DNA of 64,000 nt, from NCBI GenBank assembly GCA_037146775.1, contig JBAWWL010000004.1, forward strand, positions 22,471-86,470, in the 5' to 3' direction. The notes under the pieces were generated by a model. It searched no databases. It saw only the letters and a program-made list of their open reading frames with translations, and was not told the DNA's origin. Shown piece by piece: positions 63,933 to 64,000 of the stretch (position 1 is the stretch's first letter; every line of letters starts with the position of its first letter). The DNA comes from Candidatus Omnitrophota bacterium. GTDB lineage: Bacteria > Omnitrophota > Gorgyraeia > Duberdicusellales > 4484-171. Position numbers and translations under genes: made by a program.

Positions 63933-64000
63933 AGACTATTTATATCCATAGTGCGCGGTTTTTTTACTGCTTTATGTCGTAGGTTATCTTCGATTTTATT

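Overview
This is a 64 kb bacterial chromosomal window, roughly 40-45% GC by eye, with no rRNA, tRNA or CRISPR array that I could recognise. About 57 of the 58 credible genes lie on the minus strand; the only convincing plus-strand gene is a small secreted protein at 56811..57128. Most plus-strand ORFs in the supplied track are antisense shadows of minus-strand genes. Recognisable housekeeping content covers gltX (5' fragment), a four-subunit 2-oxoacid:ferredoxin oxidoreductase (korDABC), dxs, the ymdB-rny pair, MTHFS, an aldehyde dehydrogenase, methionine-salvage genes (mtnA plus an MtnB-like aldolase fused to SCP2), era, an M20 peptidase, an AspC-type aminotransferase, an Lrp regulator, hypD/hypC/hypF, a DnaQ-like exonuclease, YjbQ and a CsaA-like tRNA-binding protein. 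The strongest candidate for an undescribed system is a compact accessory cluster at 15144..28788, entirely minus-strand, that looks like an orphan type-II-PKS-like biosynthetic locus. It encodes a Cys-containing ketosynthase (KS-alpha) translationally coupled to a KS paralogue lacking the catalytic His pair (chain-length-factor-like), an acyl carrier protein, an SRPBCC cyclase, a PF04199 'putative cyclase', an SDR reductase, an AMP-dependent ligase, a B12-binding radical-SAM enzyme, an MFS exporter, a PHB-depolymerase-type esterase, a ketopantoate-reductase-like protein fused to two Cys/His-rich CPDGG repeats, a purine-nucleoside-phosphorylase/uridine-phosphorylase (PNP/UDP) family nucleosidase and two small unknown proteins. 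Three families of short intergenic inverted repeats are interspersed through it. Downstream are a c-di-GMP-linked exopolysaccharide locus (Wzy-like, Wzc, Wza, outer-membrane barrel, TPR proteins, three PilZ proteins, one GGDEF protein) and a polyprenyl-phosphate-pentose glycosylation locus (UbiA-type decaprenyl-phosphate phosphoribosyltransferase (DPPR) synthase, GT-C glycosyltransferase, epimerase, phosphoglycosyl transferase, geranylgeranyl reductase). One gene fuses a PilZ domain to an (alpha/alpha)6 glycosidase-like domain. All assignments rest on reading motifs in the translated ORFs by eye; no searches were run.
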